A DNA stretch of 64,000 nucleotides. Source: Tubulanus polymorphus. Lineage: Eukaryota; Animalia; Nemertea. The position numbers and the translations under genes were made by a program. The notes beneath the pieces are model-generated. The model searched no databases and was not told where the DNA came from. It worked only from the letters and a program-made list of their open reading frames with translations. This document shows positions 43,801 to 56,555 of this stretch, piece by piece. Location of the stretch: the NCBI RefSeq assembly GCF_964204645.1, contig NC_134028.1, positions 25,416,345 through 25,480,344 on the forward strand, given 5' to 3'. The number at the start of each line of letters is the position of its first letter. Position 1 is the stretch's first letter.

Positions 43801-44419
43801 TCCCGCATCATCGGCAAGAACATCGAACGCGACGAAAACGCGCCTCGCGATCCGCGCGTATAGTCCAACAGTACGGTTAACTTGAAATCCGGGTCGCTGG
43901 ACTTATTTACGGCTTCGCGTAAACATTCAACCTGAATCCAAACGATCAAAGAGAAAATTCTTAATCAAATTAGAGAAAGAAAATTTTTCGAAATAAAGTG
44001 TGATTTCTTTTACCATTTCTTTCTCCAATTTGCCTGTGCCGAGGTATAATGACGCGAGACAAATTCGTTTCTTAGCATTCTGTGCCTCTTCCTATTAACA
44101 AATCAAATCAACCATGTGTTAGTTAGTTAAAATTTACAAAGGTTTTCAAAATTTTCAGTTTAGGAGTTTTTCAAGGAATCAAGGAGTTGTAAGGACTCCG
44201 CAATGACCTAGCATCCCCAAGTACGAACAAGTGAGAAAACATGTTGGGGCCTAGCTAAAGAAAATAACTGACCTTCAGTTTATTATAGAAATCTTTAGGA
44301 TCAGCTATTACTGCGACGTTATTTCCAGAGATACCATAACAGGGCGTTAATTTACCGATCCATCCGAAATTTCTCAAAGACTGGCGCTGTTGCCGCACCT
44401 CCGAGGCGGCGGCCATCAT
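40859..44419 (-). CDS. PGS1: CDP-diacylglycerol--glycerol-3-phosphate 3-phosphatidyltransferase, mitochondrial (PLD superfamily), 8 coding exons
   Basis: Exons 44419-44273, 44091-44014, 43931-43651, 43341-43160, 42870-42485, 42118-41893, 41423-41341, 40978-40859. Motifs: LASLYLGTG, LLDYTRGSRG, YHTPNLRG, HLKVYLFD, SGANLSDSYFTNRQDRY, ASGYFNLT, WTFHVKGLW, GSPNFGYRSVYRDLEAQ. The true start is uncertain and an upstream exon is possible. Confidence 0.95.
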
Positions 44420-46242
44420 CGCATTATTCTCCGATTCCGATTGGACTTCACGCAGAGGAACTGCCACTTTATTGCTGAAACTATAAATGGCTGCAGGTTG
44501 AACTAACGAAGATCACTTACATCAAAAACAGCGACTCAACCGGACAGGATTGTGAAGTTTTAGAATTTCAAGTATGCAAATCATCAAATCTAAAAAAATT
44601 CCTTTGACCTAAGCAGAGTTTTTACTTGTTTTGCACGAATAACTCCCCTTAAACACAACTACTATTGAATTCAACAACACATTTTAGCCAAACCATGAAA
44701 CCAAAAATCAGTACTTTTGGTTTAATAGGTATATGTTGAGCCTTGTTGACATATCATACTCTATTCCTTGTTACTGGTTGCGCTAGACTGCATTACATAG
44801 GCAAAAATACAGTTCGTCAAAAATTATCAATTAAACATTAAAAGAGGTGTTAAATATGATTATCTTATCTTGATGAAGAACTGGGTTATCAGAACAAACT
44901 TTGATGTTCTGTTTTTAGCCTAACATGGCATTTTTAGAGACCAAACTAAAAAGGACTGATATCAAAAACTGGTGATAGGTTGCTTTTTTTAGGAAACTTG
45001 CTAGTTTGAAATTTTCAGCAAATTTTGAAAGGTAAGGCGAAGGGATTAGGCCATTCCTTAAGTTATGTAAACACAAATTATTACTAATTCATATCCCATC
45101 CCTCTCCTATACATACAATTTTAAGTAGCCTAAAGAAAAAAATGGACTAACTAATTTCAAAAATTTTTTGGGCCCTTTTGAGACTCGGGTTCTTTTATTG
45201 TCATTGGTTGGTTAAGCCAAGAAAAAGGGACGTAGGTCGTCGTCAGGACTCTTGTTGTAAATCTTGTATCAAACTTTAAAACAAACGGGGAAAAATCTGG
45301 CTTCTCTTTTCAAAACGAATCAAATAAAACATGAAGATATCCTTACAATCTTGGGATTTTCTGTATAATATGACCTAATCGTTGTTCAGAAAGTGGTGGA
45401 AACTTCATTTAGGAAAAGAATTCGCGAAAATTGGAAATATTGAGTATCGAAATTTAGTACAGTCGACGACCTTGAAAAAATGCCTGATAATGTCTTCGTC
45501 ACCGATTTTTCAATTCAAAATTTATCAATTTCCCAAAAATATATATTTTCAACACAGAAAGTCTGCGAATCTATGGAATTCCTCAAGGGCCATACGACTT
45601 ACGAATTACGCTTTTCTAATTACGCGTTAGCATGAAAATGATATTAGGCTCTAGAAGAGATTTGGTAAAGAGCTGATGCATAATCTATTCATAAAAAAAA
45701 TCCTATTCCTGAAACCATAATGCTGAAACCATTTCAAAAATAAACCCAAAATCAACACTATTTCAGGGCCAAATCAATAACAGTATAACTTTGAAAAAAA
45801 GAAATATTCATTTTCTTAATGTTGTTATTAAAAACAATTTGAAAACTGCTAAACAAACTGTTTTAAAACATTTCGTTTCTGGAATTTCAATAATTCCAAC
45901 TTTTCTGGCGACAGGGTAAGCAGAAATCTGGTTTCTGGATTATATGCCATTCAAGAATCCTAATCCGGATTTACGATATTACTGCTACATTTGATTCGAA
46001 TTTTTGGAATTTTTGTTATCCCGACAATAAATAAAGCACATAAAATTAAGAAATTTTATCCATTGCTGTATATTCCGTTTCGGAAATAGAGATATTGATA
46101 ATCTTTCAATAGTGATAGGGGGCAGCACCGTCTTGTTTTACGGGCATGCGTCAATGGTGATTTCGTCATTGGGTTGGAACGCTTTTTTTCGCTACCAGCT
46201 GCTTTTACACCTGTTTTTATTCGTTTTCGAGAATAGTCTATA

Positions 46243-49200
46243 ATGCCGGGACCACGAGGAGGAGGTAAAATAGACGTTTTAAATTATCAACATAGAATTT
46301 TATTATTTAGAAAGCTGGCATTTAAGAATTTACGGAATGAATGTTACTAAAATAAAGAGAAACTTGTCTGAATCGTCGACGATGTTGAGTATCGAAAGAA
46401 ACCGTTTTAGAGCGATAGGGTGACTAATGGGTGAGGGTAACAATGAGGTGCATCTGTTAAGAACCAACTGATAGTTTTAGTTTACTGGGTAAAGCGCTTT
46501 ATGTGGCGTATGTAAACAAATGTAATTTAGGTGTTCTGTTACTAAAGTAGGCTGAAGTAAAATACGACGGACATCAAATTCTGTGTTTGAATGTGCCGCC
46601 ATCTTGGTCATTATTGATCTACTCGGTAAAAATCTCTTCCCCGAGCATTTTTGTCAGTTCACTCAATCTGTCAAACAAATTAAATGTGCCAAGTTGTGAG
46701 GATATGGGGCAAACCCTTTCGGGCAGTGATGACTAGTTAACAATACCCAAAAAAGCGCTGGGGATAAAATTAACATTTTCAGAAAATTCCACCACAGTCC
46801 ATCTTCACCCGTCAAGGGATTCGAACCCACTACGCCAAAGCTGTTCCGCGAACCCCTTGACCTCACGAGTCGTTGGAGTCGTTACTAGCCGACCAGAATC
46901 CGGTCGTACCAATCACAGCGCTTGTGACAAACCGACAGTAGACTTCTGTTGGTTTTCCCGTTAAATGGACCAATCAGCGAACGTTTTACCGAACAAGGAA
47001 GTATTTCGCAAATCGATATATGACGTCATGCGCAACAGCACCAGTAATGAAATCACGCTTCGTGAGGCCAGGGGGCGCTGGTGGAAGCGAGTTCGGGAGT
47101 GATACTGGACCCCTGGCAAGCGAGGATGACCACAGTCTGACAGTAACTAACAGGCATGCCACTATGATGCGTCTGTATCGGTAGTTACTAATATTTAAAT
47201 ACCAATACAAATATTTGTTACAACGTTTGACGTGTACTTCCATCTTTCATTAGAGATAAAAACTAATTACTAATTACATCAATGCAGGTAGAGGACGAAA
47301 AGGTCTGCATAAAGGTCAGAGACGTCACTTCACTAGTGCGGAAGAATTACAACAGCAAGCAGAGTTACGAAGAAAAGAACTAGAATGGAGGGTAAGTAAA
47401 ATGCGTGTCCATAGCCCTCTGACTGGCTGCGAGTGACAAGTCGCCGTCTCAACTTCTTCTTCATTGTTGTCAAGTTCTGTAAAATGGTACTGTGGATAAG
47501 GAGGATTGAGACTCAAAAAACCCTCTTTAAAATCTTTAAATGCCCATTTATCTGAAGGTACTTTTGCAAAAAACCAAGCATGCAAAATAACATTTTGTAT
47601 TCCATACATTATCTCTATCAAAGAGATATAGTCAACGTTGCCCAAGACCGGAACAGCAGCTGGTGGAGACTTTGATGATGATGACATTGTTTTGAAAGAT
47701 TATTTCTTTAATTCGAAGTCGAATCATTCATCTAATGCGCTAGAACTCAGTCAGTAGAGAAGACAGATAGTCTTCATTATTATTATCCATAAAAGATGTC
47801 CCATTGGTGATCCGTTTGAGCTGGGACGTGGGAGTGAACCTCACTGGTTTGAGGAAGGATGTCTACACCCAAACAGCCCTCGTCCACAAAATTCTCAAGT
47901 TCACAAACCCCGTCCCTCTCGACATTGGACGTCTTTATGGACAGTCTTCTGTGAACGCTCCTAAGGATACACTTGAATTCTTACCGATGGGGTTAAAATT
48001 TCTTTTCTACCTTTTCAGGCGAAAAAAGGTGATAATACTGATGATGAAGATGAGGAGGAAGAACAGGCCGGAGAAGGAGGAGCGGCGAAGAAGAAAACTG
48101 AATCGGACTCGAGCGAAGAATCTTCTTCGGATGAAAGCGATGAGGAGGTAAGATTCTGACCGATCCACCAGGTGTCACTAGTGTACAGTAACTAACATCC
48201 TCGCTTGCCAGAGGTCCGGTATCACTCCCAAACTCGCTTCCACATCTATTTATTTACTCAAATTGCCAATGCGAGTTCCAAACGCTCCTCGAGACGCTTT
48301 GATTCGATTTACAAGATGGTGCTTGTGACAGTAGCGTATTATTCCTTAAATTTTTAATAAGAGCACCTCAACTATTGTAACACTCAATATGGCAAGGGAA
48401 AATCCACCGCTAGTACTTGGTTTATGGCGCTGCAGCTATTCTCCCACATCAATTACTGGTATGAATAAATGTAGAGGAGAATTGAATCTGATGTACCTCG
48501 GAAACTTGTTTTATAATATTTAGATTCAGCAAACTTGAAGATTCAATTCTAAGTTGATAAAGAGATTTTGATTAATATTTCATTATTCGTATCCTTTTAC
48601 AATAAATTTTACACGATTTCATAAATACAGCATCAGATGATTTTAAAGAGAGTGAACTGAATTTGACGGCGTTGATTTAAACGTCGACTGTTACTACGAG
48701 TGGCATTTTCAATTTTAAAACGTCTTATCTTTCTAGCTTCATAAAAAGAAAGGCGTTTCACATCTTATAGAAATTGAAAATCCAAATCGAGTAAAAACTA
48801 AAGATGCAAAAAAGGCAACGGAAGTCGATGTTAACGCAAAAGCGCAACTTTCCAGACGTGAAAGGTATGTTAATCCTGACCATACGCATAAGGCTGGGTC
48901 AATCTAGGGGGTCAATCTTGTGAGACTTTCGTAAGACCCAAGATATCATCCGTAGGTGGTAACAACGCATGTCAAAAAGGACTTGAAAAAATAGTTTGGT
49001 AGAAATTTCTGGTAAAGATTATTTTCTGGTGAAAGAGCACGCGGGCGCATTTAATGAATAAATCTGATTTAACCTAGACAATTGGTAAGATCCTTGAATA
49101 TTGCCTCTGGATCTGCCTGTGACAGGTTTCCTGCTGCAGGCTTCCTACCTCGCCATTGAAAGAAACACCATCAATCTTAACAGAACACCACAAGCAAAAT

Positions 49201-49762
49201 TCCAAATACTGAGAAAAAAAGTCAATCTTTTATGTATTTCTGGCATCTCATTATGGAAGCCATTTCAAAGTTGATTGATTTTAACTCTATGGTTAATGTA
49301 TGGTCAGTGTCACCATCCGGTGAGGAGGTATAGCCGCGTTTGAAAACAACCCGTCAAAAAGGTGTAACCTTCTTCGACGATATCATCTCTTTACAGGGAG
49401 GTGCTGGAAAAAGAGCGAAAGCGTTTGGATTACGAGAAACGTCATTCCGAAGGTAAAACGGACGAGGCCCGCGCCGATTTAGCTCGGTTAGCGATCATTA
49501 GAAAACAGAGAGAAGATGCAGCGAAGAAACGCGACGAGGAGAAAAAAAGTAAGAAATATCGGAATAGCGTATAATGTAAACAGCAGGGTCCCTACGACTC
49601 CTTGATTTCTTAAAAACTCCTGAACAGAAAATGCTTTTAAACTGCTTTAATTTGAACAAAATAAGCAAGAGTCCTATGATTATTGAAGTGTCAGATTCTT
49701 TATCAATTTTGCGATGTTCGATTTTTTTTCTAGTGAAAGACGCGCAAAAAGGGAAACGATGA
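46243..49762 (+). CDS. PDAP1: 28 kDa heat- and acid-stable phosphoprotein (PDGFA-associated protein 1), 6 exons
   Basis: Exons 46243-46264, 47288-47391, 48019-48147, 48737-48864, 49397-49548, 49734-49762. Motifs: GRKGLHKGQRRHFTSAEE, acidic Ser-rich tract, KGVSHLIEIENPNR, QLSRRERE, GKTDEARADLARLAIIRKQREDAAKKR. Confidence 0.95.
47786..47941. mobile_element. Short element with inverted ends in PDAP1 intron 2
   Basis: tccataaaagatgtcc...ggacgtctttatgga. Confidence 0.45.
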
Positions 49763-51132
49763 TGAAAGTTGAAAACATTGTTTAGCCGCATTTATTGAAA
49801 ACGAATGAAAAAAAAACATTGAAAGTGACGTCGTCGTAATATTGGGACACGTGAAGCTGCAGTTTGATTCTGTTCTGCCGTGTAGGACTTGTACCTCGAA
49901 CGGCGCGCAACATCATCCGGTGACCTCCGAAAACGGATGAAAAAATTTCATCAAAACTTTGTGTCGAAAAATCTTGTCATTGAATCTTGAAAGTGTTTTC
50001 AAGAGTAATTTTAGTCCGACCCTTTTGGAATTTACTTAAGAACTGTCCAATAAGTACATACAAACCTTTTCTCGGATTTTCAACAGCTATCTATGTACAT
50101 AAGGAGAAATGGCTAAGGGGAACTGTTAATGCCACTGTGGCAATCAAGGATTCCATTTAACGATTCCACTTCCAGGTTTGCTGGTAGTTACTCGGGTCTT
50201 CGTCGATCAATTTCTCCTACATTTCAGTTCAAATCAATTGAAAGTTTCTCTTGAATAAATCAATTATTAACGAAGACTTTACCGATCACTTAGTATAAAA
50301 ATTAATTTCACGTATATTTGGTGGGTCCTGTGATATTTTATGCATTCGGGAGCCTAAAAATCCAGTTAAAAGTTGATCGATAATCAACTGATTTTGGCAA
50401 TGTCGAGATAGCTGGTGTTGCAGTTCCCCAACAGTCCCTTATCAACCTACGTTAAGATTTGCCTAGTCCAAAACGTGTATGATTTGATACAGTTTCATAA
50501 TCTTACTGCATGTAAATGTAACTAGTTACAATGTACAGCAGTAGAACCCGCTTAATTCGAATCATTTTTTTTTAGGACAGATGAAATTCATCTGGTTTAC
50601 GAGAAATCCCGATTAAAATGATATTTTACACGCATTCTGTTTAGATGGATCTGATCGAATGAGATCGAAATTTGGATAAAACTGATCCGCATCAAGCGGG
50701 CTCAACTGTGTTTATTCAACTTTTTGAGGCAATTTTTGAACTCTTGTCAAGTCGGTCAAAAGTCAGAATTTGTCGTGTATGAGTAAGGCGAGGTTTACTG
50801 AACTATAAATCATGCGGATGATTATGCTTTAATGTACAGGCCTGACTGCCGACTGAAATAGTTATCGTTCATCAATAGTTGTTCGCGATGTTCACTTTCG
50901 TACTGTGCTAATAATATTATCAATTACATTCATTTTGTAAATGCCTAGTGTTTAAAACTTATTATTATAATAATAATATTAATATTATGATTGATATGAA
51001 TAAGTATGACGTAATTTCTAGAAGTTTGAATTATGAGACTGGTTCACTTGTATTGGTTCCGTGTCAGATTTTCCTGAAACCTTTTTCCTTCAGTTAGACG
51101 TGCTGTAGTATCTCTCTATCAATCTGCAGCCT

Positions 51133-51241
51133 GGGCCCAGTTTCACAAAAAGGATTAAAGCCTAAATCGATTTAAGATAAACTGAATTAATGAAGAAATT
51201 AAATCGATTTAAGAGTTAAACCTTTTTGTGAAACTGGGCCC
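51133..51241. mobile_element. GGGCCCAGTT-ended MITE family (possibly PIF/Harbinger-like)
   Basis: TIR GGGCCCAGTTTCACAAAAAGG. Close copy at ~53585-53674. Related ends at ~16045-16180, ~41085-41181 and ~38712. Confidence 0.7.
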
Positions 51242-52126
51242 AGGACTGCATTGTTCTTGATCAATAGCTTCATCTTCATGCATGCAGGACTTCACCACAT
51301 AATTCTAATCGAACATAAACTACAATAGACTCTGCCTTACTTGATATCATCAGTCTGCCGTTCAAGTCTGTGAATTTTACAGAAATTTATTTCGAAAAAG
51401 CCTATTTCCTTGATTCCAAAATCAGTGAAATATTAGCAGTCCAAATACTACCGAATGAGGCAGAGTTTACTCTAGAAACATCAGATATTTTATCACTATT
51501 CCTTCCAAATTGTGTGATCAAAAGTGAATTTCTGATGGGGGGGAAGTTCAGGGCTGTAGATTCATAACCTGCCAGTAGATCTGAAAGTCCTCTCGGGCTG
51601 GAGTCTTTTTTCCATCAATCAATGAAGATATAAGACAAAGATCTTTCCATAGAAATGACATATGTATTAATACAATTCATTGAATCTGCACCGGATAAGC
51701 AAAAAATCATTGGTCCCATCCATTCATGATCTCTTAACAAAATAACCTAAAATTCTCTATTTTGAGTAAAAATCTCTGTGCGTGTCATTAAGTAAATGAA
51801 CCCCATGAATGGAAATTTAAGTTTTAGTATTTCTTTAGCGCGTATTTTCTTTCATGCATTTAAAGCATAAGCTAAAAAATTCATGCCCTATTTCTCCTTT
51901 TTGCTTAGCTTTAAAGTTGACCCAGCCATGTTCCTATATACCCTGTATATTAACGTGTACCATAACAAACCCAGCAGTTAAAGAAATAAACTGATTACAA
52001 ATTTTATTGCAGTTTACTACATGACCCGACCGAGAAGAAACAAGGTATCATTTGTTTTAGCCTAAATACAAATGAATACTTTAATTCAGCACCTTGACGA
52101 TAATTAATTTCACCGCAGCAATTCTG

Positions 52127-55100
52127 TTAGTTTGGTTGCAACCCAGGATATCCTGTAAATGCTGTACCTGAAATAGAAAAGAACATGCTATTTCAAAGGA
52201 GTCGTTCGAAGAAATCTTAAGCAACTACCGAGTATAGGCCGATTGTGTAGGGACCTGTTAACTCATAGCAACCTCCGAGCTGAAAAGAGTAAGACTTACG
52301 TACCTAATTCGTCTTCAGGAACGGCACAAACCCTTTTAGCTTTAGTTGGTCTTACCGCCTGATCGCCTTTTACCATCTGACAACCATAGAACCAATCTTC
52401 CACTTTTTTTGTCCAATTAGCCCACTAGAAAATCAATTTCAGACGACGAAAAATTAATTTGATTTTGATATCACTGGTCAGGCGCAGGACCAGGAGGTAG
52501 TCTGAATACCAGAAATTGTTTCTTCAACTAGCCCTTATCATTATCCCGGAAAAGTGATAGGTCAGGAGATGGATGCATACAAAAACCCTCGGAATGCATC
52601 TCGACAATTCGCAACTACAGAGCGTTAGTCCGAGTGCAGTGTGGGCAATATAGTGCTTGGTTGTCATGACCACAAGGCATCACAGTCCATGAAACTGCAG
52701 TTCCATATTAAATGGGTCTATCCTAAAATGAAGGGGAGCAAAAGAATACAAGCACAATGTTTTTCTTTTTCGCTACCAGGTATTTTTCACATGAATCTCA
52801 CCCTGTCTGTCTGTGGTTTAGTTTCACGATCGGATATTTTCACAAACCAAAAGGTTGGTATAAACCCATCCGATTTAAGCTTACCACCAACGATTAGGTA
52901 ACTAACTAATCTTGCACCCCGGTATTTGACATCAAAAAGAGATTTTTGTTCTGTTTAGATGAATGTTTTGAGTAACTACGGTACTTTACTAACCTGTGTA
53001 TTAGCATCCCGTGACCAGTGAATGCTCGGAATGGGAAGAATCACAACAATTGGATTCTCATCAGATAGACGAAATTCTGTTCGCAATTTATAATCGGACT
53101 GGAAAAATAGATTTTAAGTAGATAGATGATACATAAAACCGCAGCATGGCAGAAATGAACTGATTACAATTATTAATGCAGTTTATGAAATGACCTCACC
53201 GATTAGGAGATGAAAGGTATTATTGTTTTTAGCCTAAAGTTCGATGACCAAGTGGACTTCAAAATGACCTAGGTAATTTCACCTTTAACTACTGGGTACA
53301 AAGTTAGTGTTTTCAAGAATTTAACTGGTCTACGATCAAGTTCCACAGTTCTTGGATAAATGTGACTCAATTGACTTCAAACATTGAAAAATATCCTAAT
53401 ATAAACTTAACACCTGCGTTCTTGAAATTCGAAAATACCGAAATACGAATGATATGACGAGTTTCTTCTACTTACTAAAATGTGTTTTCCGTTTGTGCTC
53501 GGGCAGACGACTGAACCGTTGAACTGATCGATAGGAATGCGTATTCTACAACTTCTGAAACGCAGTGGCAGAAATTAATCGACAGGGCCCAGTTTCATAA
53601 AAAGTTAATTTTTTCATCAATTTAGTTTATCTTAAATCGATTAAGGCCTTAATCCTTTTTGTGAAACTGGGCCCAGGGGCTGCAGTTGCTCAAAAATTGG
53701 TTGACCAGTGAATACATAGTTGACATAGGCCTATGTTACTATGGTATTCATACACTGGTGATCTTTAACCAACTGGCCCTTGGAGTCTTTACTAGTTAGT
53801 TTACAATTATCGATCTTTAGGGTAGAATTCTAGTTCTGATTGATCTGAGCGTTCTATTTGTCATTCGTAGGATTTGAGAAATTACGGATAGATTTCAATC
53901 GAAACAGAAGAAATCTCTTATTATTGTCCTACCGCTCACTAGCCAACCTGGTGGATCCTCACTTGCCACAAACGGAATCCTCGATTGCCACAGTAGAAGG
54001 TACAGTCCCCTCAACATTAAGTTAACATTAAGTGCTTACCTTTTCAAGATATCAATGTCGATACTGCGTAATGTTTCGCTCCACACCGGCATTTCCTTGA
54101 CAACGTCGACAAACTCGGCTAAATTCTTTTCGTCGACTATTTCGTCATCATCTTCGTCGCTGAGAGCAGACGACTCCAGATTGATTATTGATTTACTGCG
54201 CCATCGCGGTAAAATCACTTTCACATCGTGTAACACCTGCCAATCGAAAATACCATATACATATAATATCTTTTAAATCTGTTTGTAGTGGGTTTTATTT
54301 TGAGTGTAGCTATTCAACTACGCACATGTACAACCTTCTACATGCCTCGTAATTCATAACAAAAATAGGACAGCCATCTTTATGTCGGAATGATGCAATT
54401 TCGATTCGATCTTTTATTATAATTCAATGAAAACTGCTTTTCTTTACCTGAATAGAAATCTCATGATCGGAAGGTCTATTAGATAAACACTCTATTTCCT
54501 CTGAACCGATATCAAGTAGAATATGGTCGTCAGTCGAAAAATTTCCTTTCAGAATACTGAAATATAAAAACAATAGTCATCAATCCACGCCGAATCGACG
54601 AAACGATGGAATCGGGTCCACTGATTTCAGGTAGAATTAACTTAAATACAGTTTACCTCGTTCGAAGTGTCACAAACTGTTTTTTGAAGAAATTTGTCCA
54701 ACTTCGCACCCCGAATGTCTGCGAACTTGACAGCGTCGGTGCAACTTCAGTTCGTTGGTTAATGAAAAATTCTTGTTTCGCCTAAATAGATAAATAAACA
54801 ATAGTGTTGACGCATAGAAATTATTTCAAAAATTTGCCCTAAACGATCATAACTATACCTTCACTCTGCCGCAACCGACAACTTGAGCTATTACGCAATA
54901 TTGAACCACTACCCTATTTGATGACCCAGATGTATAACTACATGAACCTACGATTAAAAGAATTGAGTCAGTCCTAAATTATCCGTATCAAGCTGTTCCA
55001 ATCTGGCCTGCGTGACCAATCTTTTAAGCAGTACTTTTCTGCAGAGAAATATCGGACATATCAAATTACAGAAAAATTAAAAGAATCACCTGGCAAATCT

Positions 55101-56215
55101 AGATTTAGTTTAAATTTAAATGGGAACATGTAACAACCGAATGGTATTGGACACCCTGAAATGATAATATTACATTCTTCAATTCCAGTTTGCGCATAAA
55201 ATTCAAAATTACAACCGGTAAATCATAGATAAAAACATATTATCTTAGGCTAAAACGATATCTTGTTTCTCCTAATTGGCAGGGTCATTTTTTAAACTGC
55301 AATAAGATTTGCAGTTCATTTCTATAACTGCCGGTCTGGTATGGTTAGCTTGACGATGATTCTAAAAATTGAGTGACGTACAGGGCAGATGGGCGGCCGG
55401 CTGGGTCAACATTTAAGCCCAGCAGAAATGAGAAACAAGGTATCAATTCATTCTAGCCTTTGATTGATTATTACATTATAGAATTGAGTGCAGTAAACCT
55501 TCCTTGCCTTATTTGGACATGACCAACTCGGACAAAAACGAAGCTTACTGTATTACGAATTGTAATGTTACCGTCATTTGTTTCGTATACAGTCACATCG
55601 CTACAGTCCAATAACATTCTTTTACCGCTTTTCTGCACGTATTTCTTGACGATTCCATCAACAATCACTGGCGCTCGTACTTTGTCTAGATCGAAAAAGG
55701 TTTTTTGGAATACGTAAAACATTTTTCAAAGGCAAATGGTGGAAACACGGCTATCCAGCTGTGTTCAGAAATTTATGCATTCCGAGGCCTTAGCTTTAGA
55801 TTCCAATCAGCTCGAATTAGCGACAAGAACCCCCCAGCTTATCCAAGACTTGGTGAATTTAAGATATGGAATTATGCCTGTACGATGATGACCAGGCTTC
55901 GCTTACATTTTTCATATCCCTTGAAACTTAATGACACACACTGGCCTGCTATCGGCTGATGCACATTCAAATAAATCATTCTGAAAATCAAAACAAACAA
56001 ACTTATGAAACCTTTTTAATGAATTATAAACAGGCATTTTTATCTTGGCTATGATGGTATTTCCGGGTTGTTGTAAATCTTGCGAGACAATCAGATCGGG
56101 AACGGGACGAAAGAAACCATATTGATTGAGCTCAAAGTGAATGAAAGTCGTACCCATAAAGTGTATCACCGGGATCATACACCCCGTCATTTGTTCTGAG
56201 GGAAATTTCAGCCAT
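52127..56215 (-). CDS. Arrestin-domain-containing protein (alpha-arrestin-like fold, 393 aa), 12 exons
   Basis: Exons 56215-56154, 55980-55907, 55685-55572, 55155-55090, 54947-54859, 54781-54657, 54556-54448, 54236-54040, 53554-53476, 53098-52994, 52424-52304, 52167-52127 join to 1182 nt with no internal stop. Arrestin_N-like motifs: VYDPGDTLYGMIYLNV, LSFKGYE, GCYMFPFKFKLNLDLPGS, VVQYCVIAQV. Arrestin_C-like motifs: CPSTNGKHILSDYKL, VILPI. Confidence 0.8.
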
Positions 56216-56555
56216 TCTAAGCAGTGAACAACAGCAGCACAGGATATCACATCAGCCCACAGCACATGAGTATGGATCCTTTTTTTCGGTCCCGCTCTAC
56301 TACTTGTACCCTTTTGCTACAAAAATGAAAGCCAAAAAATGAAATGTCAAAACACTCGGCTCAACGACCTTGAGATCTAGCGATATGGATTCCCTTGTTT
56401 TGGGTTCCCTGGATATTCTCGGAGCTACCCTCCAAAATCAAATACATATTTAGATGGCAGCACCAGCTGATGGTAAATCGGAATCGATACTCAAGGTCGT
56501 TGCGTCATCCTTCTAAAATATATTTTATTTTAATTATTAGATAATTATCTTAATA

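Noticed and set aside
55912-56265. 117-aa ORF as the first exon of the arrestin-like gene
   Set aside because: The arrestin-like peptides lie in other frames and require the 56153-55981 intron.
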